From Kiritimatiellia bacterium (GTDB taxonomy: Bacteria > Verrucomicrobiota > Kiritimatiellia > RFP12 > UBA1067), in contig JAFYDR010000001.1 of the NCBI GenBank assembly GCA_017544725.1, positions 1 through 63,745 of the forward strand: 63,745 bases of DNA, read 5' to 3'. A model generated the notes under the pieces. It was not told the DNA's origin. It did no database searches and saw only the letters and a program-made list of their open reading frames with translations. This document shows positions 1 through 8,688 of this stretch, piece by piece. Both the position numbers and the translations under genes were made by a program. Position 1 is the stretch's first letter; each line of letters starts with the position of its first letter.

Positions 1-1
1 C

Positions 2-319
2 TACTATCCCGGACAGGGCGGAACACCGCAAGCGTACGAATCGTTGGCGAACACCGATTCGGACGGCGACGGATTCCCGGCGTGGCAGGAGTTCTTGCTG
101 GAGACCGATCCCACCAATGCGGCAAGTCACCTGTACCTCACAATCCAGATGAACGGCAACACACCGGTTGTGGGCTGGAGCGTGACGAACAACGCCATCG
201 AATCGCTCGGTTACCGATACATCCTCAAGGGAAAGAGTTCACTCTCCAACGCGACTGATTGGCAACCGGTCACGAACGAACACCATTTCTTTAAACTCTT
301 TGTGGAACCCCTGCAGTAG
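2..319 (+). CDS. 3' end of a larger surface/secreted protein, 5'-truncated by the window edge, with a thrombospondin-type-3-like acidic repeat
   Basis: This frame is open from base 2 (YYPGQGGTPQAYES...), so the track M at 44 is an internal TTG. Motif DSDGDGFPAWQEFLLETDPTNAAS. Stop codon at 317-319. Confidence 0.55.
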   Translation, partial: YYPGQGGTPQAYESLANTDSDGDGFPAWQEFLLETDPTNAASHLYLTIQMNGNTPVVGWSVTNNAIESLGYRYILKGKSSLSNATDWQPVTNEHHFFKLFVEPLQ

Positions 320-321
320 CG

Positions 322-674
322 GCGAGGAATTCCATCGAAGAGAACTGGCTGGATGAAGACGGCGTGACGTTTCTTGCGTGGATCGCCTGTGTGGGCGCGC
401 CCACACTTTCAGGGAATGCGGTGGTCACGTTGGGGTGGGGGTGCGCTTGCGTTCGAGGATTCCAGCAACGCAACGTGGGCGAACGGCGTAACACTGACGA
501 TCACAGGTCTAGATCCACTTCCGAGGCAGGTAATCCGTTTCGGCATAACAGTAGATGGACTGACAGCGGCTCAGCGTAAGGTGATCCGTTACAATGGCGG
601 CATACCATTTGGATGCCAACGGCTATCTTCGCACTGGAATAATCGGTCTGGCACTCTCAATCCATTGGATTTAA
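322..674 (+). pseudogene. Frameshifted remnant of the C-terminus of a large surface-protein gene
   Basis: Three consecutive frames each read sensibly. Frame 322: ...SGNAVVTLGWG. Frame 374: ALAFEDSSNATWANGVTLTITGL..IRFGITVDGLTAAQRKVIRYNGG. Frame 609: LDANGYLRTGIIGLALSIHWI-stop at 672-674. The first frame switch coincides with the run ggggtggggg. The IRFG..GLT..Q...NG...LDANGYL pattern resembles C-termini of PVC surface proteins (from memory). Confidence 0.3.
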
Positions 675-964
675 AAAAATCTTCGGTTGAAAGTCTCACA
701 CGCAAGTACGAAAACATGATAGCCAGAACAATAATCAGTTGTCCAAGTTGTTTTCATTCCCAAACAAAAACTGAAAAACGGTGAAAACCGTAGATACACC
801 GCCTTCCCAACCAAGTTTCCAAGTTAAATGAACTGTATTTGCTCTTTACATCCTTTATTTCTTTTGTTAACATATTTTTTTGCCCTTTGATTGGGCAAAG
901 AATTGTTTTTGTTTTTTGCGTGACTGCAAACACGACGTTCTCATCGAAATACTAGCACTATTTT

Positions 965-1031
965 CATTCGGAACGGCATGGTTGCAGAGGACGCGCCTCT
1001 AGGCGCGTCCTCTCTCCGTGTATTCCGAATG
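965..1031. other. Nested palindrome upstream of the methyltransferase gene
   Basis: Outer arms cattcggaa (965-973) and ttccgaatg (1023-1031). Inner perfect 12-bp GC-rich stem agaggacgcgcc (986-997) / ggcgcgtcctct (1002-1013) with loop tcta. It lies in AT-rich DNA, about 90 nt upstream of the ATG at 1119. Confidence 0.4.
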
Positions 1032-1118
1032 AGCCTGTGCTAGGGCGGTGATGAGAGTATACGGGCAGAGAGGACCGCTTTTTTCTTTTGTGCAGTGTTT
1101 CAGCCAAGAAGGGGTCAG

Positions 1119-2441
1119 ATGGTGAAACAAACAAAAGAAAAATCCTGTTCACGGATGGAACACAATGCCCACTTGCGATTCATCAATGACCAAAGTGTTC
1201 CTAAAATCAAAGTACTGTCTCTTTTTTCTGGATGTGGAGGGATGGATCTTGGTTTTGAAGGCGGGTTCTCATGCTTAAGAAAATCAGTTAATACAAAACT
1301 GCACCCGGATTGGATTATGGAGGAGTTTGGCAGTTGGGTGACTCTCGCACCTACTATTTTCGAAACGGTATTTGCAAATGATATACGTCCGGACGCAAAA
1401 CAGGCTTGGGTCAATTATTTCACAAAACGCCATCACGATGCGAATGACATTTATCACTTGGACAGTATAGTTGACCTTGTTAAACGGGTAAAAGGTGGTG
1501 AACATCTTTTCCCCGAAATGGTAGATTTGGTTACTGGAGGATTCCCATGTCAAGATTTCTCTATCGCAGGAAAAAGGTTGGGATTCCATTCACAGAAGAG
1601 CCATTTAGGGGTTGCCTTATCGTCAGGTACTCCCTCCATTGAGAGTCGTGGAAAACTGTATATGTGGATGAGGGACGTTATCACGTTAACAGAGCCTAAA
1701 ATGTTTATCGCAGAAAATGTAAAGGGGCTTACCAATTTGGAAGATGTAAAAGATGTGATTGAACATGATTTTTCCGAAGCTGGTGACGGCGGTTACCTTG
1801 TCGTGCCGGCTAGTGTACTCTATGCACCAAATTTTGGAGTACCACAGTCAAGGGAACGCGTTATCTTTTTCGGATTTAAAAGAAGCGCACTCACTAGAGA
1901 GGCGACCGAAGCATTAAACAAGTCCTCAATTCCCAAAGAGTATGATCCGTATCCAATCCAAACTCATGGTGGCGATGGACTAATGCCTTTTGTCACATGC
2001 GCCGAAGCATTGGCTGATTTAGAGGAACCAGATGTTTCTACTGATCCGTCGCAAAACAAATTTTCCAAAGCAAAATATATGGGTTCACATTGTCAGGGGC
2101 AAACAGAAATTAAACTCGATTCCATCGGTCCGACAATTCGTTCAGAACATCATGGAAATATCGAGTTCAGACGTTTGTCTTCTGAGCATGGTGGTAAACA
2201 TTCAGAGGAACTGAAGTCGGGGCTTAAAGAAAGGCGGTTGACCGTAAGAGAGTGCGCACGAATTCAGACATTTCCTGACGATTATCAATTTATTATTCCC
2301 GGATCCGATGATGGAGTTTCTGTTTCTTCAAGCGATGCATATAAAATCATTGGAAACGCTGTTCCGCCTATGTTAGCCTATCATATCGCAAAAAATATTG
2401 AGACAAAATGGAATCGGTACTTTCGAAAGGAACAAGTATGA
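1119..2441 (+). CDS. DNA (cytosine-5)-methyltransferase of a type II R-M pair
   Basis: Motif I LFSGCGGMDLGF, motif IV GGFPCQDFSIAG, motif VI ENVKGL, motif VIII QSRERVIFFGF, RLTVRECARIQTFPDDY, motif X GNAVPP. The ATG at 1119 follows gaagggg; the track start at 1095 is GTG and an alternative ATG lies at 1155. Confidence 0.93.
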   Translation: MVKQTKEKSCSRMEHNAHLRFINDQSVPKIKVLSLFSGCGGMDLGFEGGFSCLRKSVNTKLHPDWIMEEFGSWVTLAPTIFETVFANDIRPDAKQAWVNYFTKRHHDANDIYHLDSIVDLVKRVKGGEHLFPEMVDLVTGGFPCQDFSIAGKRLGFHSQKSHLGVALSSGTPSIESRGKLYMWMRDVITLTEPKMFIAENVKGLTNLEDVKDVIEHDFSEAGDGGYLVVPASVLYAPNFGVPQSRERVIFFGFKRSALTREATEALNKSSIPKEYDPYPIQTHGGDGLMPFVTCAEALADLEEPDVSTDPSQNKFSKAKYMGSHCQGQTEIKLDSIGPTIRSEHHGNIEFRRLSSEHGGKHSEELKSGLKERRLTVRECARIQTFPDDYQFIIPGSDDGVSVSSSDAYKIIGNAVPPMLAYHIAKNIETKWNRYFRKEQV

Positions 2442-3604
2442 TCATCTCCGCAAATCCTAAACCTGAATTATCTGTTTTTGAAGCACTCATGCAACGGACG
2501 GATCGTTTGCTAAACGAACAAGCCCAAAGGGATCCGACATATTATGAAACGAGAAATGGAAGTCTCTTGGAGGATGATGTCTTTAGTGCATTAGATGAAT
2601 GTGCAAAAGGAACGGTTTTTGAAAAAACAATTGAGAAAGTTTCAGGTCAAAGATTCCCTGATATTACCGCAGCAAAATTATATGGTGTCGAAGTGAAAAG
2701 TACAAAAAAGGATCAATGGACATCAACAGGAAGTAGTATTTTGGAAACAACAAGGTTGCCGAATATCGAACGAATCTTCATGACATTTGGGAAACTTGGC
2801 GGAAGACCGATTTTATTTTTGTCTCGTCCTTATGAAGAATGCCTTTCTGATATCGCTGTTACTCATATGCCCAGATATAAAATTGATATGCGGTTGCTAC
2901 AAGGAGATACGATATTCGACCGCATGAAAATTCCATATGAGAGATTGCGCAATATGGATAACCCGATTGCGCCTGTTGTAAGTTATTATCGAGAGCATCT
3001 AAAGTCAGGAGAAAGTCTATGGTGGATAAATGACCAGAGTGAAAACGCTTTGCCCCCGATAGTAAAACTGTGGACTTCACTTTCATCGGAAGAAAAGAAG
3101 ATACTAGTTGCATATGGCTATGTCTTATTCCCAGAAGTTGTCAAAGGCAACGATCCTGATAAATATAGTAGATATGCGCTTTGGTTAGTGACACACAAAG
3201 GAATTGTCAACACAAACATCCGAGATAGTTTTTCTGCTGGGGGTAAGATTGTGCTACAGACCTCACAAAGTTCAAAAATAGCCGTTTCGGCCTCCTTCGG
3301 AAAAATCATCACTGAATATAAATCATATATTTTACACTTACTCAGAACTATTGATTCCGATCTTCTACGTGAACAGTGGGGGAGAGTAAATGAGAAGTAT
3401 CGAATCCTGCAATGGTGTGAACAAATTGCCACTGTAGCAACAGGACAAGAATTAGATTTTCGCACCGCAATGTCTTTGTTGTCTGCAAATTTTCCCATTG
3501 AGAAACAGATCCCTGTTTCTAGACCATATTTTGACCCTATTTGTATGTATGAACCGAATAATTCAAATCTTTCAAGCAATGCTGCTGAAGGATCATCTTT
3601 ATAG
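2438..3604 (+). CDS. Putative type II restriction endonuclease (PD-(D/E)xK fold), family unassigned
   Basis: The ATG at 2438 overlaps the methyltransferase stop (ATGA, 2438-2441). Motif FPD(2654-2662)-x9-EVK reads as PD...ExK, preceded by an acidic helix LLEDDVFSAL. Same low GC as the methyltransferase gene. Confidence 0.6.
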   Translation: MIISANPKPELSVFEALMQRTDRLLNEQAQRDPTYYETRNGSLLEDDVFSALDECAKGTVFEKTIEKVSGQRFPDITAAKLYGVEVKSTKKDQWTSTGSSILETTRLPNIERIFMTFGKLGGRPILFLSRPYEECLSDIAVTHMPRYKIDMRLLQGDTIFDRMKIPYERLRNMDNPIAPVVSYYREHLKSGESLWWINDQSENALPPIVKLWTSLSSEEKKILVAYGYVLFPEVVKGNDPDKYSRYALWLVTHKGIVNTNIRDSFSAGGKIVLQTSQSSKIAVSASFGKIITEYKSYILHLLRTIDSDLLREQWGRVNEKYRILQWCEQIATVATGQELDFRTAMSLLSANFPIEKQIPVSRPYFDPICMYEPNNSNLSSNAAEGSSL

Positions 3605-3729
3605 CTGATGCCTTCTACAGTAAGGTTTGGTACTGCGTTACACACTTTTGAGCTTTGAGAGAACAAAGGACAATCCTCATCCATGCCATATCTTTTCATC
3701 CCTTGCAATCACTTGCCAGCATCCTGCGC

Positions 3730-6165
3730 CTACTTCTCAAAATATCGGTAGAGGAAGCGTCCATCGGGTGCTGCATCGCCAAACCGGTAAAAATCGAGGA
3801 TGTTCCCTTCTCCACACGGCGTGTTATCCGCCCATTTGAACCAAAGGTTGAGTTTCCGCTCCTCTAGGCGCAATGCCTGACGCGGCAGGAGGAGTGTCAC
3901 CTCCTTACCCGTAACGGTCATCGGAACACGGGCTAATTCCTTCCACCTCCAACCGCCCTCGCAAATTTCCAGAATCGCCGTATGGTCATCCGGCGGAGAA
4001 ACGCGGTTGACAACAAAATGGAAGTGGTTCCAGTTCGGCAACGGATCGTTCGCATCCAACGACACAGAAAGGAAGAGGCGCATCCAATTCGGGGCTGTGT
4101 ACGACGTGACTGGATCAGAACAGACTACACGGAAGGTAATCGTCTTCGCCTCGTGTTCGACATAACACTCCGCCAAATCATTCCGTCCGCTCGAATCTTT
4201 GTACCGAATGCCACCATAACCAACCGCATCTCGGGGAAGCGTATCGTGTACCGCATCGCGGTAAATCGGAGCTTCCCTACAGGCTCGCTGTGGACGCACC
4301 CCGCGAAAACGCCGCACCTCGTTTACGAACTGATAATAGAAGTGATCCTGAAGAATACCGGCAGAAGGTTCAAGATCTCGACTGAACTCCGGAGAGAACT
4401 GATCCGGGAAGGCGGTTTTAGTACCCATCCAGTTCGGGAAAAGGTCGGCAGACCACTCGTTCCAACCGGTGATAAACAGATAGTCGGGATCAATCTCCCG
4501 TGCGCGTCGCATCTGCTGGGCAAAGTTATCGCCCCAAAGGAAACGTAATGGTTCCCCGCGTCGAGGATTACGGTCTGCGGCAAAACGAAGTTTCTCGCCA
4601 GATTGCAACTCATTCTCGCTCGGTCCAACGTAGGCGCGACCGAACACGTGGATATCGTTCATCGCCGCCAGTCCCGTATGGTCATCTCGCCCCTTCCATG
4701 TATGGTTCTGCGCAACACCCGCCCCGCACATCTCAAACGTCCCGTCCTCCCTTTGACAATAGGCGTGCTGTGGAAAGACTTCAAGCCAACACCATTGATC
4801 TGGAGATGTCGGACCGACGGTGTAGGACGCTTGTAATGGGCGGAAGATGAAAAAGCGCAAAATTTCTTCGAGGTCGCGGCGATCCGCCTCGCTCGTTTTG
4901 GAGGAATGAATCGCACGCTCGATGACCCGTGGCGTAGCGTGGATAAGCGGACGCCCGTTCCAATAGAACCAAAGGTCACGGAACTTCCCCGGCTTGTAGA
5001 GATCGCGGTAGAGCTGGAGGATGCTGACAATCTGATGCGGGTTCTCATGAAACGGGAGCATATAGATGAAGCAGGGAGTACGGAGACCGTCGCGACGCAT
5101 GGCACTCCAAGTCCGAAGTAACGCCCAAGCGGAATCCATCCAAGTCAGGGAAGCATTCGTCGCATCAAAAGCGACCGTATCGATACCAGCTGCCGACAGA
5201 AGCTGCGCGTGTTTACGGAGAACCCATGTGTCAATGGTCTGATAGTAACCGAACAACGGTTCGTCCCAATGATGCCGACGCATGGCCGGTCCCCACAGCG
5301 GATCGTTCGGTCGTTCCAAGATTCCCGGATTCTCTGTCACCAGACGTGCGTTATTTCTCGGCTCGTGTGCGGCAACAAAGCGTTCGTGCCAAGTCCAATA
5401 GAAGATACCGACCTGTTTCGCACGCGGAGCGGGAAGCGTATCCGCGCGTTCGAGAGTGCGCCCCAATCCGTCGATTGCATCCCATGTGTCTGCATAGAGA
5501 TCACGCGGTTCAAACACCTTTCCCGGTATCAATGCTCCATGATCATCGGAGACGGATGAAGCGCACTGGGGCGGCGCAATCGTCGGCCCCGCCAGTTTCT
5601 CTAAGACCGCTCCGCTTCCCGTATCAGGAACGGGGAAACCGTGGAGATTGATAGAAAACTCAAAGGAGCCATTCGTCGGACTCCCGTTCACAAAGTACTG
5701 TACTCCTTTCACCGAGGAGTCCCGACGCCAAATACCAACCGATTCCTCTCCCTCGCTCAATTCACCGTAGAAATCGCCTGCTTGCCGTGGAAACGAAATC
5801 GAGAGAACGGCGCAATCCTTGAAATCGACAAATCGTTGTTTTGCCAACGCTTTCCCCTGACGCGAGGCGGTAACTGAACCTTGCCATCGATAGATGGTGA
5901 ACGTCAGCGATCCTTTGTTGTTACTATAGCTTGGACAACAGGCGGAAAGACGATCCACGGGATAATCCGAATGAAAATGGACACCCACAGAATCACTTTC
6001 TTGAATCCGAAGCGGACGGTGATCACGTTCCGAAACACCATACAAATTCCGCACGGCGGTATAGCCGCAACAGGATTTCTCACCTGTCTCGCCAAATGTC
6101 ACCCCACCCCATATCGCTACACATACAATCGAAACAAACCACCTCATTCCTCGTTCCTCCATCAC
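3730..6165 (-). CDS. Secreted glycoside-hydrolase-like protein (TIM-barrel type, family unresolved)
   Basis: Signal-like N-terminus MRWFVSIVCVAIWGGVTFG. PLFGYYQTIDTWVLRKHAQLLSAAGIDTVAFDATN and FITGWNEWSA resemble GH99/WbsX-like hydrolases (from memory). Long ORF with GC-rich third positions. Confidence 0.65.
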   Translation of the reverse strand: MMEERGMRWFVSIVCVAIWGGVTFGETGEKSCCGYTAVRNLYGVSERDHRPLRIQESDSVGVHFHSDYPVDRLSACCPSYSNNKGSLTFTIYRWQGSVTASRQGKALAKQRFVDFKDCAVLSISFPRQAGDFYGELSEGEESVGIWRRDSSVKGVQYFVNGSPTNGSFEFSINLHGFPVPDTGSGAVLEKLAGPTIAPPQCASSVSDDHGALIPGKVFEPRDLYADTWDAIDGLGRTLERADTLPAPRAKQVGIFYWTWHERFVAAHEPRNNARLVTENPGILERPNDPLWGPAMRRHHWDEPLFGYYQTIDTWVLRKHAQLLSAAGIDTVAFDATNASLTWMDSAWALLRTWSAMRRDGLRTPCFIYMLPFHENPHQIVSILQLYRDLYKPGKFRDLWFYWNGRPLIHATPRVIERAIHSSKTSEADRRDLEEILRFFIFRPLQASYTVGPTSPDQWCWLEVFPQHAYCQREDGTFEMCGAGVAQNHTWKGRDDHTGLAAMNDIHVFGRAYVGPSENELQSGEKLRFAADRNPRRGEPLRFLWGDNFAQQMRRAREIDPDYLFITGWNEWSADLFPNWMGTKTAFPDQFSPEFSRDLEPSAGILQDHFYYQFVNEVRRFRGVRPQRACREAPIYRDAVHDTLPRDAVGYGGIRYKDSSGRNDLAECYVEHEAKTITFRVVCSDPVTSYTAPNWMRLFLSVSLDANDPLPNWNHFHFVVNRVSPPDDHTAILEICEGGWRWKELARVPMTVTGKEVTLLLPRQALRLEERKLNLWFKWADNTPCGEGNILDFYRFGDAAPDGRFLYRYFEK

Positions 6166-6269
6166 TAGGCATCCTCGAACCTTGGTGTCAAAAATTGTAC
6201 CATGAAGCGATACGGAGTAAAAAGGTTAAAATGGACAGTAAGACGTGTTACCCAGCTGGCGGCGTCAGC

Positions 6270-6611
6270 GGGCGCATCTGCGTAACTCACCCATTCCGTA
6301 CGAACGAGAGGATTTTGGAAACAACCAGAACAACTTGAAGACAACATTTGAAAGAGGTACGCGGACCAACCGGTCCGCGCATCGCTTCTCCTTTGCCTGT
6401 AACTTCGCTTCGCGAACGGTTCGGTAGTTAGGTTGTCGGATTGAGCCGTTCACGCATGACAGTGGGGAGGGGCAACGTCCCCGTTGCCTTTATTGGATCA
6501 ACTATTGGGGCGCGGGCGAGTTAACCCGCGCTCTAAAGACAAGTTGTTTCTTTAAGTTGTTTCTGTTGTGTTCATTTTCAAAAGACGATGGTGAAATACG
6601 CAGATGCGCCC
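6270..6611. mobile_element. MITE-like non-autonomous element
   Basis: The left end GGGCGCATCTGCGTAACTCACC (6270-6291) matches the reverse complement of the right end (6590-6611, GGGCGCATCTGCGTATTTCACC) at 20/22 positions. Flanking direct repeat ggcgtcagc (6261-6269) / agcgtcagc (6612-6620). No ORF inside. Left module A spans 6270-6326 and right module B spans 6511-6611. Confidence 0.55.
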
Positions 6612-6638
6612 AGCGTCAGCCGCGCATTCTTTCTTGAA

Positions 6639-6667
6639 TTGTCAATGGGAATGATAACAGATATAAT
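6639..6667 (+). promoter_or_regulatory. Sigma70-type promoter of umuDC
   Basis: -35 TTGTCA (6639-6644), 17-nt spacer, -10 TATAAT (6662-6667). About 70 nt upstream of the umuD ATG. Confidence 0.5.
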
Positions 6668-6739
6668 GGAAGGCGGACGATGCGAAAATGAAGATGGTAT
6701 GCAGGAAGACCGATGTGGATTGGGTGCAGAACGAGGTGT

Positions 6740-7132
6740 ATGATGAAAAAAACGAAAACGCAAATCGCCGGAGCAGTTGTGGCCGGATTCCCCTCTCCAG
6801 CAGAGCAATACTTAGAACAACCACTGGACTTAAACGAGTTACTTGTCAAACGTCCGGCCGCCACTTTTTTTGTCCGAGTGGAAGGAGATTCAATGGATGG
6901 TGCCGGTATCCACGATGGTGACTTGTTAGTTGTAGATCGTTCCCTACGTGCGGCAAACGGAGACATTGTGATCGCCTGTATCGACGGGGATTTCACAGTC
7001 AAGACCTTCCGTCGGGATGTGCTCGGGACACGCCTAGAACCCGCCAATCCGAATTACCCTGTCATCCGCCTTACGTCAGGACATGAGCTCCAGTTCTTCG
7101 GAAAAGTTACGGCGGTCATCCATCGGTTTTAA
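6740..7132 (+). CDS. umuD: UmuD-like S24 self-cleaving peptidase (translesion polymerase V accessory subunit)
   Basis: VAG/FPSPAEQY cleavage region, GDSM serine motif (VEGDSMDGAGI), downstream VKTF lysine. Immediately followed by umuC. Confidence 0.9.
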   Translation: MMKKTKTQIAGAVVAGFPSPAEQYLEQPLDLNELLVKRPAATFFVRVEGDSMDGAGIHDGDLLVVDRSLRAANGDIVIACIDGDFTVKTFRRDVLGTRLEPANPNYPVIRLTSGHELQFFGKVTAVIHRF

Positions 7133-7178
7133 ATTTCGAGGTGTTGTATGAGCGAATTGATTTTCTGTGGGGGAAACC

Positions 7179-8423
7179 ATGATCGGACTGGTTGACGGCA
7201 ATAATTTTTTCGTTTCCTGTGAACGTGTGGTTGATCCACGTCTCAACGGAAAGCCTGTTGCCGTACTGTCCAACAACGATGGTTGCTGTGTCTCACGGTC
7301 AAACGAATTCAAGGCACTCGGAATTCCGATGGGAACTCCATATTTTCAGTTGAAAGACCGGATGGAACGAGATGGGCTGATCTTCCGGTCATCGAACTAC
7401 GAGTTGTACGGGGATCTCTCCCGAAGGATCGTGTCTATCCTGCGAAAAGAATCCGTTGCGGTCGAACAATATTCGATTGACGAAGCATTTATTTTCCCGC
7501 CCAGCACTGCCAAAAAGGATCTGAATGGGTATGGGAAACGTCTTCGTGCGAAAATCCTTCAATGGGTGGGCATCCCATGTGGCATCGGGTTCGCCACCAC
7601 GAAGACACTTGCGAAAATTGCGAATCACATTGGGAAGAAACGACCGGACGGCGTATTCGTCATGCCGGATGATCCCACACCTATCCTCTCAAAGCTTCCC
7701 GTAGAGGAGATCTGGGGAATCGGCAGGAGATTGAGTGTAACGCTCCATCAACACGGAATCCACACTGCGGAACAGTTCCGCAATGAATCGGATGAAGTGA
7801 TTCGTCACCTTGGTTCCGTCGTCACACTTCGTACAGCGATGGAGTTGCGCGGAATTCCCTGCGTGGAGGCGGATCATGATGAAGACCCCAAATCAATTTC
7901 CTGTTCTCGTTCCTTCGGTGAGCCAGTGACCACGCTGGAGGGACTTTCGGAATCCATCGCATCTTTTACTGCGCAAGCTGCGGAAAAACTCCGCCGACAC
8001 GGGCTATTGGCTGCAGGAGTGAATATCTACGCACAATACGGCAAGGCGTGTGAACAAACTTGGGCGGACAAAACGGTTATCTTTCCTCATCCGACCGATG
8101 CGACGAACGAGATGTTGCAGGCGATTCAACAAGAGATCGGCGCGTTATTCGTTGACGGGCTTCGATACCGAAAATCCGGCATGGTTTTTCTTGGATTGGA
8201 AAAGGCTGGAACGGCACGACAACAGGATTTGTTTTCGCAGACCCCGTCACAAGAAAACTCCAAACTTTATCAAGTTGTGGACACCCTTAACGCAAGGTAC
8301 GGAAAGGGAAAGGTCTTTTCCGCATCCGAGGGTATCGGCGAAAACCGCAGTTGGAAAATGAAACGCGAAATGCTTTCCCGACGTGCGACCACAAACTGGG
8401 GCGAACTGATTGTCGTACATTAA
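7179..8423 (+). CDS. umuC: Y-family DNA polymerase V catalytic subunit
   Basis: MIGLVDGNNFFVSCERVVDPRLNGKPVAVLSNNDGCCVSRS, SIDEAF and IWGIGRR motifs. The ATG at 7179 lies in frame within track ORF 7167. Confidence 0.93.
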   Translation: MIGLVDGNNFFVSCERVVDPRLNGKPVAVLSNNDGCCVSRSNEFKALGIPMGTPYFQLKDRMERDGLIFRSSNYELYGDLSRRIVSILRKESVAVEQYSIDEAFIFPPSTAKKDLNGYGKRLRAKILQWVGIPCGIGFATTKTLAKIANHIGKKRPDGVFVMPDDPTPILSKLPVEEIWGIGRRLSVTLHQHGIHTAEQFRNESDEVIRHLGSVVTLRTAMELRGIPCVEADHDEDPKSISCSRSFGEPVTTLEGLSESIASFTAQAAEKLRRHGLLAAGVNIYAQYGKACEQTWADKTVIFPHPTDATNEMLQAIQQEIGALFVDGLRYRKSGMVFLGLEKAGTARQQDLFSQTPSQENSKLYQVVDTLNARYGKGKVFSASEGIGENRSWKMKREMLSRRATTNWGELIVVH

Positions 8424-8653
8424 CCACCCCAACTGTCGAATTGGTGGAATGGGGTGGGGTACTTTCTGTCGCGACCGTAACGACGCAAAACTTGATTTCA
8501 GCCTCCAGACAAACACGCTTAACCGACATTCCTAGTGTCTGTGCGGGATAATTTCAGAACAACGGAATATACGGGATGCTTTTGTTGTTTCCTAACCCTC
8601 AAATACCCCATTTTCCAGCTCCATCTCCCGTGACAGATTTTTGAAGAGCAACA

Positions 8654-8682
8654 TGGACAGATGCGTTTGAATCCGCTATACT
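8654..8682 (+). promoter_or_regulatory. Sigma70-type promoter predicting a leaderless gldG-like mRNA
   Basis: -35 TGGACA (8654-8659), 17-nt spacer, -10 TATACT (8677-8682). The ATG at 8689 begins 7 nt after the -10. No Shine-Dalgarno is possible. Confidence 0.5.
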
Positions 8683-8688
8683 GAAACT

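Noticed and set aside
374-784. 136-aa ORF taken as an intact gene
   Set aside because: It starts at TTG just after an in-frame stop. The protein-like signal continues in other frames on both sides, and the tail runs into AT-rich island DNA. It is better explained as part of a frameshifted remnant.
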